Below are positions 17,666-29,300 of a stretch of 64,000 bases of DNA, piece by piece. Under the pieces are notes generated by a model that made no database searches, was not told the origin of the DNA, and saw nothing but the letters and a program-made list of their open reading frames with translations. The stretch comes from Maricaulis sp. GTDB taxonomy: Bacteria > Pseudomonadota > Alphaproteobacteria > Caulobacterales > Maricaulaceae. The stretch is from contig NZ_JAXMOC010000002.1 of NCBI RefSeq assembly GCF_034670125.1, positions 385,768 to 449,767 of the forward strand, read 5' to 3'. A program made the position numbers and the translations under genes. Each line of letters starts with the position of its first letter. Position 1 is the stretch's first letter.

Positions 17666-18274
17666 ATGACAGACGAGGAAAACCGGTCAGCTTTTGACTG
17701 GGAAACACGGTTCATCGAAAACAATACGCCCTGGGAGCGTGGCGGGTTACATCCCGCCTTTGAGGCATGGCACCGGCAAGCCGCTTTCCGGGCCGGCGAG
17801 CGCGCGGCCATCCCGGGCTGCGGCCGGTCCCCGGAACTTCTGGCACTGGCGCAAGCCGGTCTGGCCGTTACCGGGGCAGATCTGTCGGCAACGGCCATGG
17901 CCTGGCAGCGACAGCAATCCGACATTGCGGCCCGGTCAGTAGAGCTGATCACCGGTGATGTCCTCGCCTGGCAACCGGAACAGGCGTTTGACCTGGTCTA
18001 CGAACAAACTTTCCTGTGCGCGATCCACCCGCGCTTGCGCGGCCGTTACGAGCAGTGCCTGACCCGATGGCTGGTGCCCGGCGGGCGGCTCTACGCCCTG
18101 TTCATGCAAAAGCCCGAGCGCGGCGGCCCGCCATTCGATTGCTCGCTTGAGGCCATGCGGACCCTTTTTCCGGCCGAACGCTGGATCTGGCCTGACGCGC
18201 GGCATATCCGTGCGTGGCCGCACCCCAAACTCAACGACAAAGCCGAACTCGGCGCTGTCCTGATCAAGCGCTAG
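17666..18274 (+). CDS. TPMT/thiol-halide-type class I SAM methyltransferase
   Basis: WETRF..TPWERG..HP, IPGCGRSPE, VTGADLS, DLVYEQTFLCAI, GGPPF. Confidence 0.8.
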   Translation: MTDEENRSAFDWETRFIENNTPWERGGLHPAFEAWHRQAAFRAGERAAIPGCGRSPELLALAQAGLAVTGADLSATAMAWQRQQSDIAARSVELITGDVLAWQPEQAFDLVYEQTFLCAIHPRLRGRYEQCLTRWLVPGGRLYALFMQKPERGGPPFDCSLEAMRTLFPAERWIWPDARHIRAWPHPKLNDKAELGAVLIKR

Positions 18275-19707
18275 GGGGTGTCCTGGGCCGCCGCGGGATC
18301 TGTCGGTGGTACGCTGCGACGCTTGCGCTGACGACCATGTTTGGCGGTCATTGGGGCCCGAACCAACACGAACAGTGCCGTCGCGGCACCCGCCAGGATG
18401 TTGGCGAAGGCGACACCCCAGATCACGCCAACGGGCGCGTCGAGATAGTGGGCGCCAATAATGACGGCCGGGATCATCAGGCCCAGGGCCCGGCTGGCGG
18501 TGATCACCATGCCGTGGGCCGGGCGGCCAAGCCCGTTGAAGCCGGCTGAGGCGGCAATCGTGATCCCGTAGCCGGCGATGGTCACCGGCACGATACGCCA
18601 ATAGGCGATCGCGGTAGACTGACCGGCCTCACTGGGCAGAAACAATTCCGCCAGCCAGGGCGCAGCCACCCAGAGCAGGGCCGCAATCGAAACGCTCCAG
18701 CCGATGCAGAACAGGAAGCTTGACCGGAAGGCTTCCCGGACCCGGTCTAGCCGGTCGGCACCGCCATTCTGTCCAGTAACAGCACCAATACAGGCCGACA
18801 GGGCAAACAGGGGCACGATCGCAAAAGCCTCGATCCGTCCCGCCACGCCAAGTCCGCCGACAGCCGCGTCACCGAAACGCGCCATGGCGAGCCCGGACAT
18901 GGCAATCGTCATCGCCAGGGGATTGAAGATATTGGACAGGCAGGCCGGCAGGCCGACCCGGGCAACATCCATCCAGTGGTGCCAGACTTCGCCAAGGTCT
19001 TCCGGCTTGAAGTCGATCAGCTTCTCCTTGACCACCAGGTACCAGGCAACCATCAAGAAGGTCATCGCGTTGGCGGCGACGGTTGCCAGGGCTGCTCCGG
19101 AGACCCCCCAGCCAAGGCCGGGGAACAGGCCGAAAACATCATCAAGAATGAAAATCGGGTCCAGGATCAGGTTCACCACTGCCGCCGCGATCATCATCAG
19201 GCTGGGGATGACTGCATTGCCGAGGGCACGAAGAATATTGCTGGCCACCATCGGCCCGACGATCAGCACGATCCCGGCGAACCACACGGTCATGTAGTCA
19301 ACGACATGCGGCAACATGGTGTCACTCGCGCCGAGCAGCGCAAATATCGGTTCGACAAAAATGACACCCAGCAGCGACACCGATCCGACGGAGATCAGGG
19401 CAAGGGTCATCGCGTCGGTGGAAATCCGGGCGATGGTCGAGCTGCCATCCTTGCGTCCGGCGGCACGAGAGACGGCCGAGACGGCGCCAGCGCCCAAACC
19501 GATGGAGACACTCATCACCAGCATGGTGACCGGGAAGCTCATCTGGACCGCCGCCTGCTGCGCCGTCCCGAGCGTGCCAACCCAATAGGTATCGACAATA
19601 CCCACCAGCATCATGGCGAGGATGCCGAAGCTCATCGGCAGAATCATTCGGACGATATGCCCGAAGACCGGACCTTCCGTCATGTCATGTGCAGACCGGC
19701 CGGCCAT
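18271..19707 (-). CDS. MATE-family efflux transporter
   Basis: DMTEGPV N-terminus, about 12 TM helices, NLILDPIFI and GVSGAALAT motifs. Confidence 0.9.
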   Translation of the reverse strand: MAGRSAHDMTEGPVFGHIVRMILPMSFGILAMMLVGIVDTYWVGTLGTAQQAAVQMSFPVTMLVMSVSIGLGAGAVSAVSRAAGRKDGSSTIARISTDAMTLALISVGSVSLLGVIFVEPIFALLGASDTMLPHVVDYMTVWFAGIVLIVGPMVASNILRALGNAVIPSLMMIAAAVVNLILDPIFILDDVFGLFPGLGWGVSGAALATVAANAMTFLMVAWYLVVKEKLIDFKPEDLGEVWHHWMDVARVGLPACLSNIFNPLAMTIAMSGLAMARFGDAAVGGLGVAGRIEAFAIVPLFALSACIGAVTGQNGGADRLDRVREAFRSSFLFCIGWSVSIAALLWVAAPWLAELFLPSEAGQSTAIAYWRIVPVTIAGYGITIAASAGFNGLGRPAHGMVITASRALGLMIPAVIIGAHYLDAPVGVIWGVAFANILAGAATALFVLVRAPMTAKHGRQRKRRSVPPTDPAAAQDTP

Positions 19708-19804
19708 GATGTCCCCTCTTCACTCACAGACGAGCATAGATAGGAAGTGTCGGGCCTGTCTGCACTGCCTCGCTGTCAAATGACTGTGATGGGCCGGACT
19801 TCGG

Positions 19805-20308
19805 TTATCGAGTCCGCGTGACCGTCCAGACGATTTCGGCCTGAACACCGTCCATCGGCGGCATCGCGCAGCTCGGCTCAGTGAGGTCCGCGCCGATCTC
19901 CGGCACCGAGAAGCCGGAACAGCGCGTGTCTCCGCTGGCACTGCCCCGCAAGCGCAAAAAGTCATTCCGCCCGGCAAAGTAGACAAAATCCTCATAGGAA
20001 AACACGATATCAGCGGTGGCGCTGCCGTCACTGCTCCGGTCGATTTCGGTCACCGCATACTGCAACGCGCAAGACTGGTGGACACCGGGCCCACCACCGA
20101 TCAGGGAAATATCAATGCAGCCATCGGGCTGAAACACAAATGTCCAGCTTCCACCGTCGCTCCAGTTATAACCAAGCAGAACCGACCATTCCTGACCAGC
20201 CAGCGGTGCGCCCTGCTCCTGACCCTGCGCCGGCGTCGCGCTCAAAAGCACGCACGCAACGGCAAGGCTGGCACGGCGGGACATTGTGATCAAACTGACC
20301 GAGCTCAT
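19805..20308 (-). CDS. Hypothetical secreted protein
   Basis: GGAAGGA RBS; signal-peptide-like N-terminus (RRASLAVACVLLSATPAQG); 4 Cys in the mature part. Confidence 0.6.
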   Translation of the reverse strand: MSSVSLITMSRRASLAVACVLLSATPAQGQEQGAPLAGQEWSVLLGYNWSDGGSWTFVFQPDGCIDISLIGGGPGVHQSCALQYAVTEIDRSSDGSATADIVFSYEDFVYFAGRNDFLRLRGSASGDTRCSGFSVPEIGADLTEPSCAMPPMDGVQAEIVWTVTRTR

Positions 20309-20393
20309 GGCTGTCCTTCCAGGTTCGCACCGTGCAACAGCCTATTCCGGCAATCCCTAAACTCGCACTTACAGCGATATGGGTGTCGCGCTT

Positions 20394-22670
20394 TCAGCCC
20401 GGGACCTTGTTCAGGTCAAAGGCCGCGATACCCGCCAGATTGACGATGTCCGTTACATTGGCACCGAGGCGCGCGATCTGGACCGGCTTTTCCAGGCCCA
20501 CCAGCATCGGGCCGATCACCGTCGCTCCGCCAGCGGCCTTGAGAAGGCGCACGGCAATCGAGGCCGAATGGATGGCCGGCATGATCAGCACATTGGCCGG
20601 TTGGGTCAGCCGCGAGAACGGGTAGAGCTTGTGGTGTTCCGGATCGAGGGCAACGTCAGCCGCCAACTCGCCTTCATATTCGAAGTCAGCGCCATTGGCG
20701 TCCAGGATCTCGACAGCCTGCTGGATCTTCGTGGTCCGTTCGCCCGGCGGATTTCCGAAGCTGGAATAGGACAGGAAGGCCAGATGAGGCGTGATACCGA
20801 ACCGACGCGCAGCATGGGCGGTGACGACCGCGATTTCGGCCAAGGCCTCGGCGTCGGGGAACTCGGTCACCGACGTATCCCCGATCACCAGGCTTCGACC
20901 ACGCGTCACTGCAATCGTGACACCAACGGGGCGGCTCCCGGCGATAGGTTCGAGAACAAGCTCGACCTCGTTCATCACGACATTGGAATGCCGGGTCACG
21001 CCCGTAACCATGCCATCGGCATGGCCCATTTTCAGCATGCAGGCGGAGAAGACATTGCGGTCGTTATTGACCCGGCGCTGAACGTCCCGTCGCAGATACC
21101 CCTTCCGCTGCAGGCGTTCATAGAGGTAATCAGCGTATTCGGAATTATGCTCCGACAGGCGCGCATTGCACACTTCCAGCGACCCGGCCGGGATTCCCAA
21201 TTCCTTCATGTTCGCGGCGACGACATCTTCACGCGCAACGAGGATGGCCTTGCCGAGCCCCTGGACCTGAAAGGCGTGCGCCGCCCGTATGACCGTCTGC
21301 TCCTCGCCCTCGGCAAAGACGATCGTTTTCTGTTCCGCCCGGATCGATGCCGTGATGCGTTGCTGGACTGCCGCGGTCGGGTCCAGCCGCCGCGCCAGGA
21401 CCTGCTTGTAAGCATCAACATCCTCCAGCGGCCGGCGAGCGACGCCGCTTTCGATTGCCGCCTGGGCGACAAAGGGCGGCACCCAGGAAATCAGGCGCGG
21501 GTCGAACGGTGTCGGGATGATGTAGTCCGGTCCGTATTGAAGCCGGTCAACCTTGTAGGCCTGAGCCACCTCGTCCGGCACGTCTTCCCGGGCCAGCGCT
21601 GCCAGCGCTTTCGCGGCCGCGATTTTCATCTCCTCATTGATCGTCCGGGCGCGGACATCCAGCGCCCCGCGGAAAATATAGGGAAAGCCGAGAACATTGT
21701 TGACCTGGTTGGGATAGTCAGACCGCCCCGTAGCCATGATGACGTCATCGCGCACCGACTTCACCTCTTCAGGCGTGATCTCCGGTGTCGGATTGGCCAT
21801 CGCGAAAATGATCGGATTGGGCGCCAGCGAGGCAACGATGTCCTTGGTGAAGACACCGGCCGCAGACAGGCCGAGCAATACGTCGGCGCCTGCCGCGGCG
21901 TCGGCCAATGTCCGCTTGTCGGTACGGATCGCATGCCGGTTCAGGCGTTCATGCCCGCCCGGGCGACCTTCGTAAACGACCCCATCAATGTCGACCACGA
22001 TGGTGTTCTCGGACTTGACGCCCATGGACTCGATCAATTCAAGCACCGTGAGGCCCGCCGCTCCGGCACCGCAAAGCACGACCTTGAGATCTTCCATCCG
22101 GCGGCCGGTCAGGTCACACGCATTGATCAGCCCTGCGGCGGCGATGATGGCGGTCCCGTGCTGGTCATCATGGAATACCGGAATGTTCAACTCGTCGCGC
22201 AGGCGCGTCTCGATCTCAAAGCATTCCGGCGACTTGATGTCCTCCAGATTGATCCCGCCAAACGTGTCACCGAACCCTCTCACGCAGGCGATGAACTTGT
22301 CCGGGTCGGTGTAGTCGACCTCGATGTCGACAGCGTCGATGTCGGCAAAGCGTTTGAACAGGACCGCCTTGCCTTCCATGACCGGCTTCGATGCGGCCGG
22401 GCCGAGATTGCCGAGGCCCAGAATGGCGGTCCCGTTGGAAACGACCGCGACCATATTCCCTTTGGAGGTGTAGTCGTAGACCGTGTCCGGGTCCGCCGCG
22501 ATGGCCCGAACCGGTGCGGCAACGCCAGGGCTGTAGGCCAACGCCAGATCTCGCTGGGTCGCCATCGGCTTGGTGGCGGCGACAGACAGCTTGCCGGGCG
22601 TCGGTTTCATGTGGAAGGCAAGGGCGTCCGCATCCAGTTGTGTGTCTGCGCGATAGGTCGATTCAGCCAT
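20394..22670 (-). CDS. maeB: NADP-dependent malic enzyme with a PTA-like domain
   Basis: [58 protein letters not shown]; true start MAESTY at 22670. Confidence 0.96.
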   Translation of the reverse strand: MAESTYRADTQLDADALAFHMKPTPGKLSVAATKPMATQRDLALAYSPGVAAPVRAIAADPDTVYDYTSKGNMVAVVSNGTAILGLGNLGPAASKPVMEGKAVLFKRFADIDAVDIEVDYTDPDKFIACVRGFGDTFGGINLEDIKSPECFEIETRLRDELNIPVFHDDQHGTAIIAAAGLINACDLTGRRMEDLKVVLCGAGAAGLTVLELIESMGVKSENTIVVDIDGVVYEGRPGGHERLNRHAIRTDKRTLADAAAGADVLLGLSAAGVFTKDIVASLAPNPIIFAMANPTPEITPEEVKSVRDDVIMATGRSDYPNQVNNVLGFPYIFRGALDVRARTINEEMKIAAAKALAALAREDVPDEVAQAYKVDRLQYGPDYIIPTPFDPRLISWVPPFVAQAAIESGVARRPLEDVDAYKQVLARRLDPTAAVQQRITASIRAEQKTIVFAEGEEQTVIRAAHAFQVQGLGKAILVAREDVVAANMKELGIPAGSLEVCNARLSEHNSEYADYLYERLQRKGYLRRDVQRRVNNDRNVFSACMLKMGHADGMVTGVTRHSNVVMNEVELVLEPIAGSRPVGVTIAVTRGRSLVIGDTSVTEFPDAEALAEIAVVTAHAARRFGITPHLAFLSYSSFGNPPGERTTKIQQAVEILDANGADFEYEGELAADVALDPEHHKLYPFSRLTQPANVLIMPAIHSASIAVRLLKAAGGATVIGPMLVGLEKPVQIARLGANVTDIVNLAGIAAFDLNKVPG

Positions 22671-22741
22671 GATGTGTCCCGGGGAAAAGTGCAATGTCGA
22701 ACATGAACCGCTCCGGCGCGGGTGCCAAGTCCCGCTATCGC

Positions 22742-24268
22742 CTAGCTTCCATGCGCGAGGAGATGGCTGAGCGCCGCCCCCTGGCGCCGTCGCGCCGCCA
22801 GTCCTTGCAGCACAGCCGGCAGGGTCGCCGGCAAATCCTCCGCCACCAGGCCTTCTCCCAGTTTCAGTCCCGCATCTCCATGAATCCAGGCCGCACTGGC
22901 TGCCGCGTCGTGCGCCGTCATGCCGGCCGCGAGCCCGGACGCGATGATACCGGCCAACACATCGCCACTGCCGGCCGTGGCAAGCCATCGGCTTGCGTGT
23001 GGGTTGATCCACGGCGTCATGCCCGGGGTGGCAATCACCGTCGCGGGCCCTTTCAGCAACACCGTGCTACCACACCGGTCGGCCGCTGCCTGAACCCGTT
23101 CAACCTTGTTCCAATGCGCTTGGGCGGGCCCGAATACCCGCAGAAATTCACCGGCATGGGGTGTCAGCACGCATTGCCCGTTCAATTGCGAAAACAAGGC
23201 GTCCGGATCGTGCTCGAAACTGGTCAGCGCGTCCGCGTCCAATACCACTGGAATGCCGGTTTCCAGGGCCGCCAAAACGGCGTCCCGCGCGGGTTCGCCA
23301 ACACCCATTGAGGGCCCCATCACGACCGCATCAGCGCGCAGCCCGTCAAGCGTATCGCCCACATCAGCCGCGCCGTCCCAACGCGTCAGCATGACCGCGG
23401 TAAGGTGGGACGCATTGACCATCACGGCTGACGGCGGCGCGCATAGCGTTACCACGCCGGCGCCTGCTCTCAGCGCCGCCGCCGCGGCCAGCCGGGCCGC
23501 GCCGGAAGACCGGGCGCCGCCACTGAACACGGCAACCCGACCGCGGGCATGTTTGTGGAAAGGACGTCCGTCTGGCCGGGTATCCGGATGCCAAAGCGGC
23601 GTGTGAACCTCATGCGCCACCGGCGCCACATGTTCGGACCAGCCCGCCGGAATACCAATCTCCCGACGGACGACCTCACCACAACTTTGCGCATATGGTT
23701 CAATCAAATGCACAAGCTTTTTCCGGTGAAACGTCACCGTCAGTGTGGCCGCAAAATGGGGCCCGTCCACCGGCCTTGCATCACCGGACAGGCCACTCGG
23801 AATATCCACAGCGACTACCGGAACCTCGCTCTCCCGGACCCAATCGATCCAGCCCGCGGCCAGCCCCGTGATCGGTCGCGACAGGCCCGCCCCGAACAGG
23901 GCATCAACCACCAGTCCCGGCCTGCCGTCCGGCGTATCCGACAACGCGGTGTCCGGTGGATCGACCGGCCCGGCCCATCGCGCCAGCGCCCGTTCAGCCC
24001 CGGCGGCAAGGCGGTCCGGACTCGGCAGCAAAATGACCCGAACCGGCCAGCCTGCCTCGCGCAAGACACGCGCAGTGACCAGCCCGTCCGCGCCATTGTG
24101 GCCGGATCCGGCCAACACCCACACAAGACGGGGCGCCCATCGGGTCCGAATCGCGTCAGCAACCGCCGATCCGGCTGCCTCCACAAGGCTCTGGACCTCG
24201 ATCCCGCTATCGAGCGCGAACCGGTCACAAACGGCGGTGTCTGCGGTTGCGAGAATTTCCATCGTCAT
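22742..24268 (-). CDS. nnr: Bifunctional NAD(P)HX epimerase/dehydratase
   Basis: GSGHNGADG, VVDALFGAGL, VDIPSG, HKHARG, VLDADAL, LTPHAGEF, LLKG, ATAGSGDVLAG; start at MTMEIL 24268. Confidence 0.92.
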   Translation of the reverse strand: MTMEILATADTAVCDRFALDSGIEVQSLVEAAGSAVADAIRTRWAPRLVWVLAGSGHNGADGLVTARVLREAGWPVRVILLPSPDRLAAGAERALARWAGPVDPPDTALSDTPDGRPGLVVDALFGAGLSRPITGLAAGWIDWVRESEVPVVAVDIPSGLSGDARPVDGPHFAATLTVTFHRKKLVHLIEPYAQSCGEVVRREIGIPAGWSEHVAPVAHEVHTPLWHPDTRPDGRPFHKHARGRVAVFSGGARSSGAARLAAAAALRAGAGVVTLCAPPSAVMVNASHLTAVMLTRWDGAADVGDTLDGLRADAVVMGPSMGVGEPARDAVLAALETGIPVVLDADALTSFEHDPDALFSQLNGQCVLTPHAGEFLRVFGPAQAHWNKVERVQAAADRCGSTVLLKGPATVIATPGMTPWINPHASRWLATAGSGDVLAGIIASGLAAGMTAHDAAASAAWIHGDAGLKLGEGLVAEDLPATLPAVLQGLAARRRQGAALSHLLAHGS

Positions 24269-24271
24269 GAG

Positions 24272-24309
24272 CGCTCCATTGTGTGGCACCCCTGCCCCAT
24301 TGTGGGGCA
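24272..24309. promoter_or_regulatory. Tandem NtrC-type binding sites upstream of glnB
   Basis: CGCTCCA-TTG-TGTGGCA (24272-24288) and TGCCCCA-TTG-TGGGGCA (24293-24309), 21 bp apart; they resemble TGCACCA-N3-TGGTGCA. Confidence 0.7.
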
Positions 24310-24346
24310 TACCGGCTACCGGCTGTCGCGGAGTCCCGATTCCGAC

Positions 24347-24737
<391 letters not shown>

Positions 24738-24769
24738 TCCTATCTGATCAAATATCTGGAGCCTGGCCC

Positions 24770-26173
24770 ATGTCAGACGCAATTCTCAAAAAGCTCAAAG
24801 ACGAAGACATCAAGTATGTCGACCTGCGCTTCACCGACCCGCGCGGCAAGCTGCAGCACGTCACATTCGACCGGTCGGAGGTCAATGAGGACTTCTTCGA
24901 GGACGGGGTGATGTTCGACGGCTCCTCGATCGCCGGCTGGAAGGCGATCAACGAGTCCGACATGGTACTCAAGCCCGACGCCAGCTATTGCGAAGTCGAT
25001 CCGTTCTACCAGCAGCCAACCGCCGTCATCCTGGCCGATATCCTCGAGCCGGGAACGGGCGAAGCCTACAACCGTGATCCGCGCACGACCGCAAAGAAGG
25101 CCGAGGCATTCCTGAAATCCACCGGCATCGGTGACACGGCCTATTTTGGCCCGGAAGCCGAGTTTTTCGTGTTCGATGATGTTCGCTACTCAACGAGTCA
25201 GCAGGACACCGGGTACAAGCTCGACAGCGAGGAAATGCCGCACAATACCGGCTCGAAATTCGAAGGCGGCAATATGGGCCACCGGCCCGGTCCCAAAGGC
25301 GGATATTTCCCCGTCAATCCGGTCGACAGCGGCCAGGACATGCGCACCGAGATGCTCACCGTGCTCGAAGAGCTCGGTCTGCATCCGGAAAAGCATCACC
25401 ACGAGGTTGCCCCCGCCCAGCATGAGCTCGGCATGAAGTTCTCGTCGATGACGACGATGGCGGACCGCATGCAGCTTTACAAATACACCGTCCACATGGT
25501 CGCCCACGCCTACGGCAAGACCGCGACCTTCATGCCCAAGCCGGTTTGGAACGACAACGGCACCGGCATGCATGTGCACCAGTCGATCTGGAAAGACGGC
25601 AAGCCGATGTTCGCCGGCGACCGCTATGCGGACCTGTCGGAAACCTGCCTCCATTACATCGGCGGCGTCATCAAGCACGCCCGGGCCATCAATGCCTTCG
25701 CCAATGCCTCGACCAATTCCTACAAGCGCCTCGTGCCCGGCTTCGAAGCGCCGGTCCTGCTCGCCTACTCGGCCCGCAACCGGTCCGCATCGATCCGTAT
25801 CCCGTGGGTCGGCTCGCCGAACGCCAAGCGTCTCGAAACCCGTTTCCCGGATCCCGCCGGCAACCCCTATCTGACCTTCGCCGCACTTTTGATGGCCGGT
25901 CTTGACGGCATCGAAAACCGGATCGATCCGGGTGATCCGATGGACAAGGATCTCTACGATCTGCCGCCCGAGGAGCTCAAGGACATCCCGACCGTCTGCC
26001 GGTCGCTCCGCGAGGCGCTGGAATCGCTCGACGCCGACCGCGCCTTCCTCAAGAAGGGTGGCGTGATGGATGATGACCAGATCGATGCCTATATCGACCT
26101 CAAGATGGAAGAAGTGCTGCGCTATGAAATGCACCCGCACCCGGTTGAGTTCGACATGTATTACTCCTGCTAA
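24770..26173 (+). CDS. glnA: Glutamine synthetase type I
   Basis: [49 protein letters not shown] (adenylylated Tyr). Confidence 0.98.
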   Translation: MSDAILKKLKDEDIKYVDLRFTDPRGKLQHVTFDRSEVNEDFFEDGVMFDGSSIAGWKAINESDMVLKPDASYCEVDPFYQQPTAVILADILEPGTGEAYNRDPRTTAKKAEAFLKSTGIGDTAYFGPEAEFFVFDDVRYSTSQQDTGYKLDSEEMPHNTGSKFEGGNMGHRPGPKGGYFPVNPVDSGQDMRTEMLTVLEELGLHPEKHHHEVAPAQHELGMKFSSMTTMADRMQLYKYTVHMVAHAYGKTATFMPKPVWNDNGTGMHVHQSIWKDGKPMFAGDRYADLSETCLHYIGGVIKHARAINAFANASTNSYKRLVPGFEAPVLLAYSARNRSASIRIPWVGSPNAKRLETRFPDPAGNPYLTFAALLMAGLDGIENRIDPGDPMDKDLYDLPPEELKDIPTVCRSLREALESLDADRAFLKKGGVMDDDQIDAYIDLKMEEVLRYEMHPHPVEFDMYYSC

Positions 26174-26208
26174 ATCAAGCAGTTTCGACTGAATTGTGGT
26201 TGAAAATG

Positions 26209-26240
26209 ACGGCCGGGCGCCTGCCCGGCCGTTTTCTTTT
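26209..26240 (+). terminator. glnA terminator
   Basis: acggccgggc-gcct-gcccggccgt followed by tttctttt. Confidence 0.85.
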
Positions 26241-26341
26241 GTCCGCAGAACACCTCACGAGGTCGACGAGCGCGCGGGCATTCGCTACAAATCGTGCTCC
26301 AATCGACCCAACCCCGTTGGGAAGTCCTGTCAGGAGTTCGT

Positions 26342-29300
26342 ATGCGTCGCCGTTTCTTGTTCGCCAGCGCCCTTGTTTCGCTGACCGTTACAGCTCCTGC
26401 CGCCTTTGCAGATCGCGAAATCACCGACGAAATCACCACGCCGGTGGCAACCTCAACTGCGGGTGATGGTGGCGTTCCGGACAATATCGTCATTTCCGTC
26501 GGCGGCCGCGTCACGCTCGTGCCGGGCGCGACCGGTGTGACGATCGACAGCGACAATGACGTCACCAATGGTGGCAGCATCATCATTGAGGGTGACGATG
26601 ACGGCGGCGTCGGCATCCACGCGGTTGGCGGCAACACCGGCACGATCACCCATACGGGCCTGATCCAGGTCATTGCGGAGACCCGCGCCAGCGATACCGA
26701 CGACCCCGCGGACGGACTGGTCGACGGCCCCATCGCCGTTGGTTCGAACCGCGTTGCCATTCTTGTCGACGGCGCCGCCGTTTTCACGGGCGACATCCTC
26801 GCCTCGGCCGGCAGCACGTTGACGGTGATCGGCAATGATTCGGCGGGCCTGCGTGTTCTGACCGGTCTCGACGGCGATATTGACCTGGCCGGCATTGTCC
26901 GGGCGATCGGCGACAACAGCTTCGGTGTCGAAATCCGCGGTGACGTATCCGGCGATGTGGACATCGACGGTCGGGTTGAAGTCCAGGGTGAAGGCAGCGG
27001 CGGCATCCTGATCGCAAGTGACGTCGATGGCGCCATCACCATCGGCGCAACCGTCAACGCGACGGCCTATCGCTTCCTCGGACGGCCGGTCGAAGAAACC
27101 CGCAACAACCTCGAGGCTGAAGACACAGCGGACAGTGCCTCGCCGGTCCTCATCAACGGCAACGCGGCCGGTGGCGTTTTCTTCAGTGGCTTTTCAGCAG
27201 ACCGGCCCGGTACGCCATCCGCCAATATCACGGTGCGGGGCTCAGCGCCCGCCGCCCATATCCTGGCCAATGCCAGCTCAGGCGACATTGTTCTCGGGGA
27301 AGTCGTTCTGGAAGCCATTCCTGACGATCCGGACACCGCTGACGTTGACGAAAGCGTCGCGGCCGAATTGATCGGCTACGCCTTGGTCAATCGCGGGACC
27401 CTGAGCTCCCAGGGCAATCTGGACGCCGTCAATACAGTTTCGCTCGAAGTCAGCGGAGCGGATGGTCATACCGTCTCCCTCACCGGCGGCTTCCTCAATG
27501 ACGGCACCATCAATGGCTCCGCCTGGCAGGCCACATCGACCGGCGTCCTGCTGGGTACAGGCGCGATCGTCCCGACCTTCGCCAATGCGGGCGACATCCT
27601 GATCCGGACCAATAACGAAGGGTCAACAGCTCGGGGCGTTTACATCGATACCGGGGCCAATGTCCCCATGCTGGTGAATTCCGGCACCATCGATGCCACG
27701 ACACTCAATGGCGGCGGCGCGGTCGCCGTCACCGACCTGTCCAACACCCTCACCCTGATCGAAAACACGGGTGAGATTGCCGCCTATCACCTGAACACCC
27801 TGGTTGGCACCGATCCCCAGGTCGACGATCTGGTTGCCATCGACCTGTCTGCAAACACGGTCGGCACGACCGTCCGGCAGTATCGTGCGACCGATGCCGC
27901 GGACGACCATGTCGAGGAATTGATCGGGCAAGTCCGGTTCGGATCGGGCGACGACGTGTTGCAGGTCGAGTCCGGCGTAGTGTCCGGCGACCTGTCATTC
28001 GGCGACGGTGCCGATCAATTGATGATCTCCGGCGGCAACGTCTCCGGCGCGCTTGTTGATTCCGACGGCAATCTCGCAATCGAAGTCGATGACGCCCAGC
28101 TGGCCCTCGCGGCCAACACCAGCGCCAATATCACGACCGCCCGTTTCGGCGATGGTTCGGTGATCCGGTTCCAGATCGATGACGAGGCCGGCACAGCCGC
28201 CAACATCACGGCATCAGGTGACATCACCTTCCAGTCCGGCTCGAGGGTGGCTGCAACGCTGGCCAATCTGATTGGCGACGGCGCAACATTTGTCGTCGTT
28301 TCCGCCAATAACCTCGTGATCGAGGAAAGCCTCGACATTCTTCAGGATACCGAAGCGCCTTGGCTTTATGAATCGAATCTCGAATTCGATCCGAACAATG
28401 CCAACGCGCTGATCCTGACGCTGCGCCGGCGCACGGCCGCCGAACTGGGCATGAACGCCAACCAGGGCGCCGCCTACACGGCGGCACTTGAAGGCTGGCA
28501 GACCAATGAAGAGCTGGGCCAGGCGATTGCATCGCTTTTGACCCAGGACGAATTCTTCGCGGCCTATGACCAGCTGCTGCCGGAATACTCTGCCAGCGCG
28601 ATCCAGTTCGCACTCGCTGCCAATGACAGTGCCGTTGGCGCCCTTGCCAACCGGCTTGAGGCCGTCCGCCGCAGCCCGGAAGAGTCGGGCGGACTTTGGG
28701 TCCAGGAATTCGGCTATTTCGCAGATCGCGCCGGCAGCGCCTTCGGTCCCGGGTATCGCGGACACGGCATCGGCGTCGCCGTCGGCTTCGATAGGCCGGT
28801 CGGTCCGTTCTACGCTGTCGGGCTGAATCTCGTCGGCGCGGCCAGCGAAGTCTCCGAGATCAACGGGGTCGACGATCCCATGAGCGCCATGACGGCGCAG
28901 GTCGGAACCTATGCCGGTGCCCGTTTTGGCGCCTTCGACCTGGATGCCTACGCTGCGGTTGGCTATGACAGGTTCGAGCACAATCGCCGCGTCCTGATCG
29001 GCGCATTCGACGCCTCTTCCACCGCTGACTGGAGCGGCTGGCACACCTCGGCTTCGGCCCGCATCTCGCGCGACCTCGCAATGGGCGATCGCTGGTATGT
29101 GCGGCCGGCTTTCTCGGTTGATTATCTGCGGTTGAGCGAAAGCGGCTACACCGAAACCGGCGGCGGCGTCGGGGTCGACCTGACCGTCGGCGACCGCGAG
29201 TCTTCGAGCTTCTCGGGAACCGGTCTGTTGACCCTGGGAGCCCGCTTCGAGAACACCAACAGCTGGTGGTCGCCAAGCGTTCGCGTCGGCTTCCGCAATG

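Noticed and set aside
20394-23012. 872-aa version of maeB in the ORF track
   Set aside because: The N-terminal extension overlaps nnr and is low-information; homology starts at MAESTY (22670).
24284-24297. TGGCAC as a sigma54 -24 element
   Set aside because: The following GC is 7 nt, not 10 nt, after the GG; the hexamer is better explained as part of NtrC box 1.
24269-24310. MPHNGAGVPHNGAL repeat at the N-terminus of the Nnr ORF (24310 to 24269, minus strand)
   Set aside because: This is just the translation of the tandem NtrC boxes, not a protein repeat.
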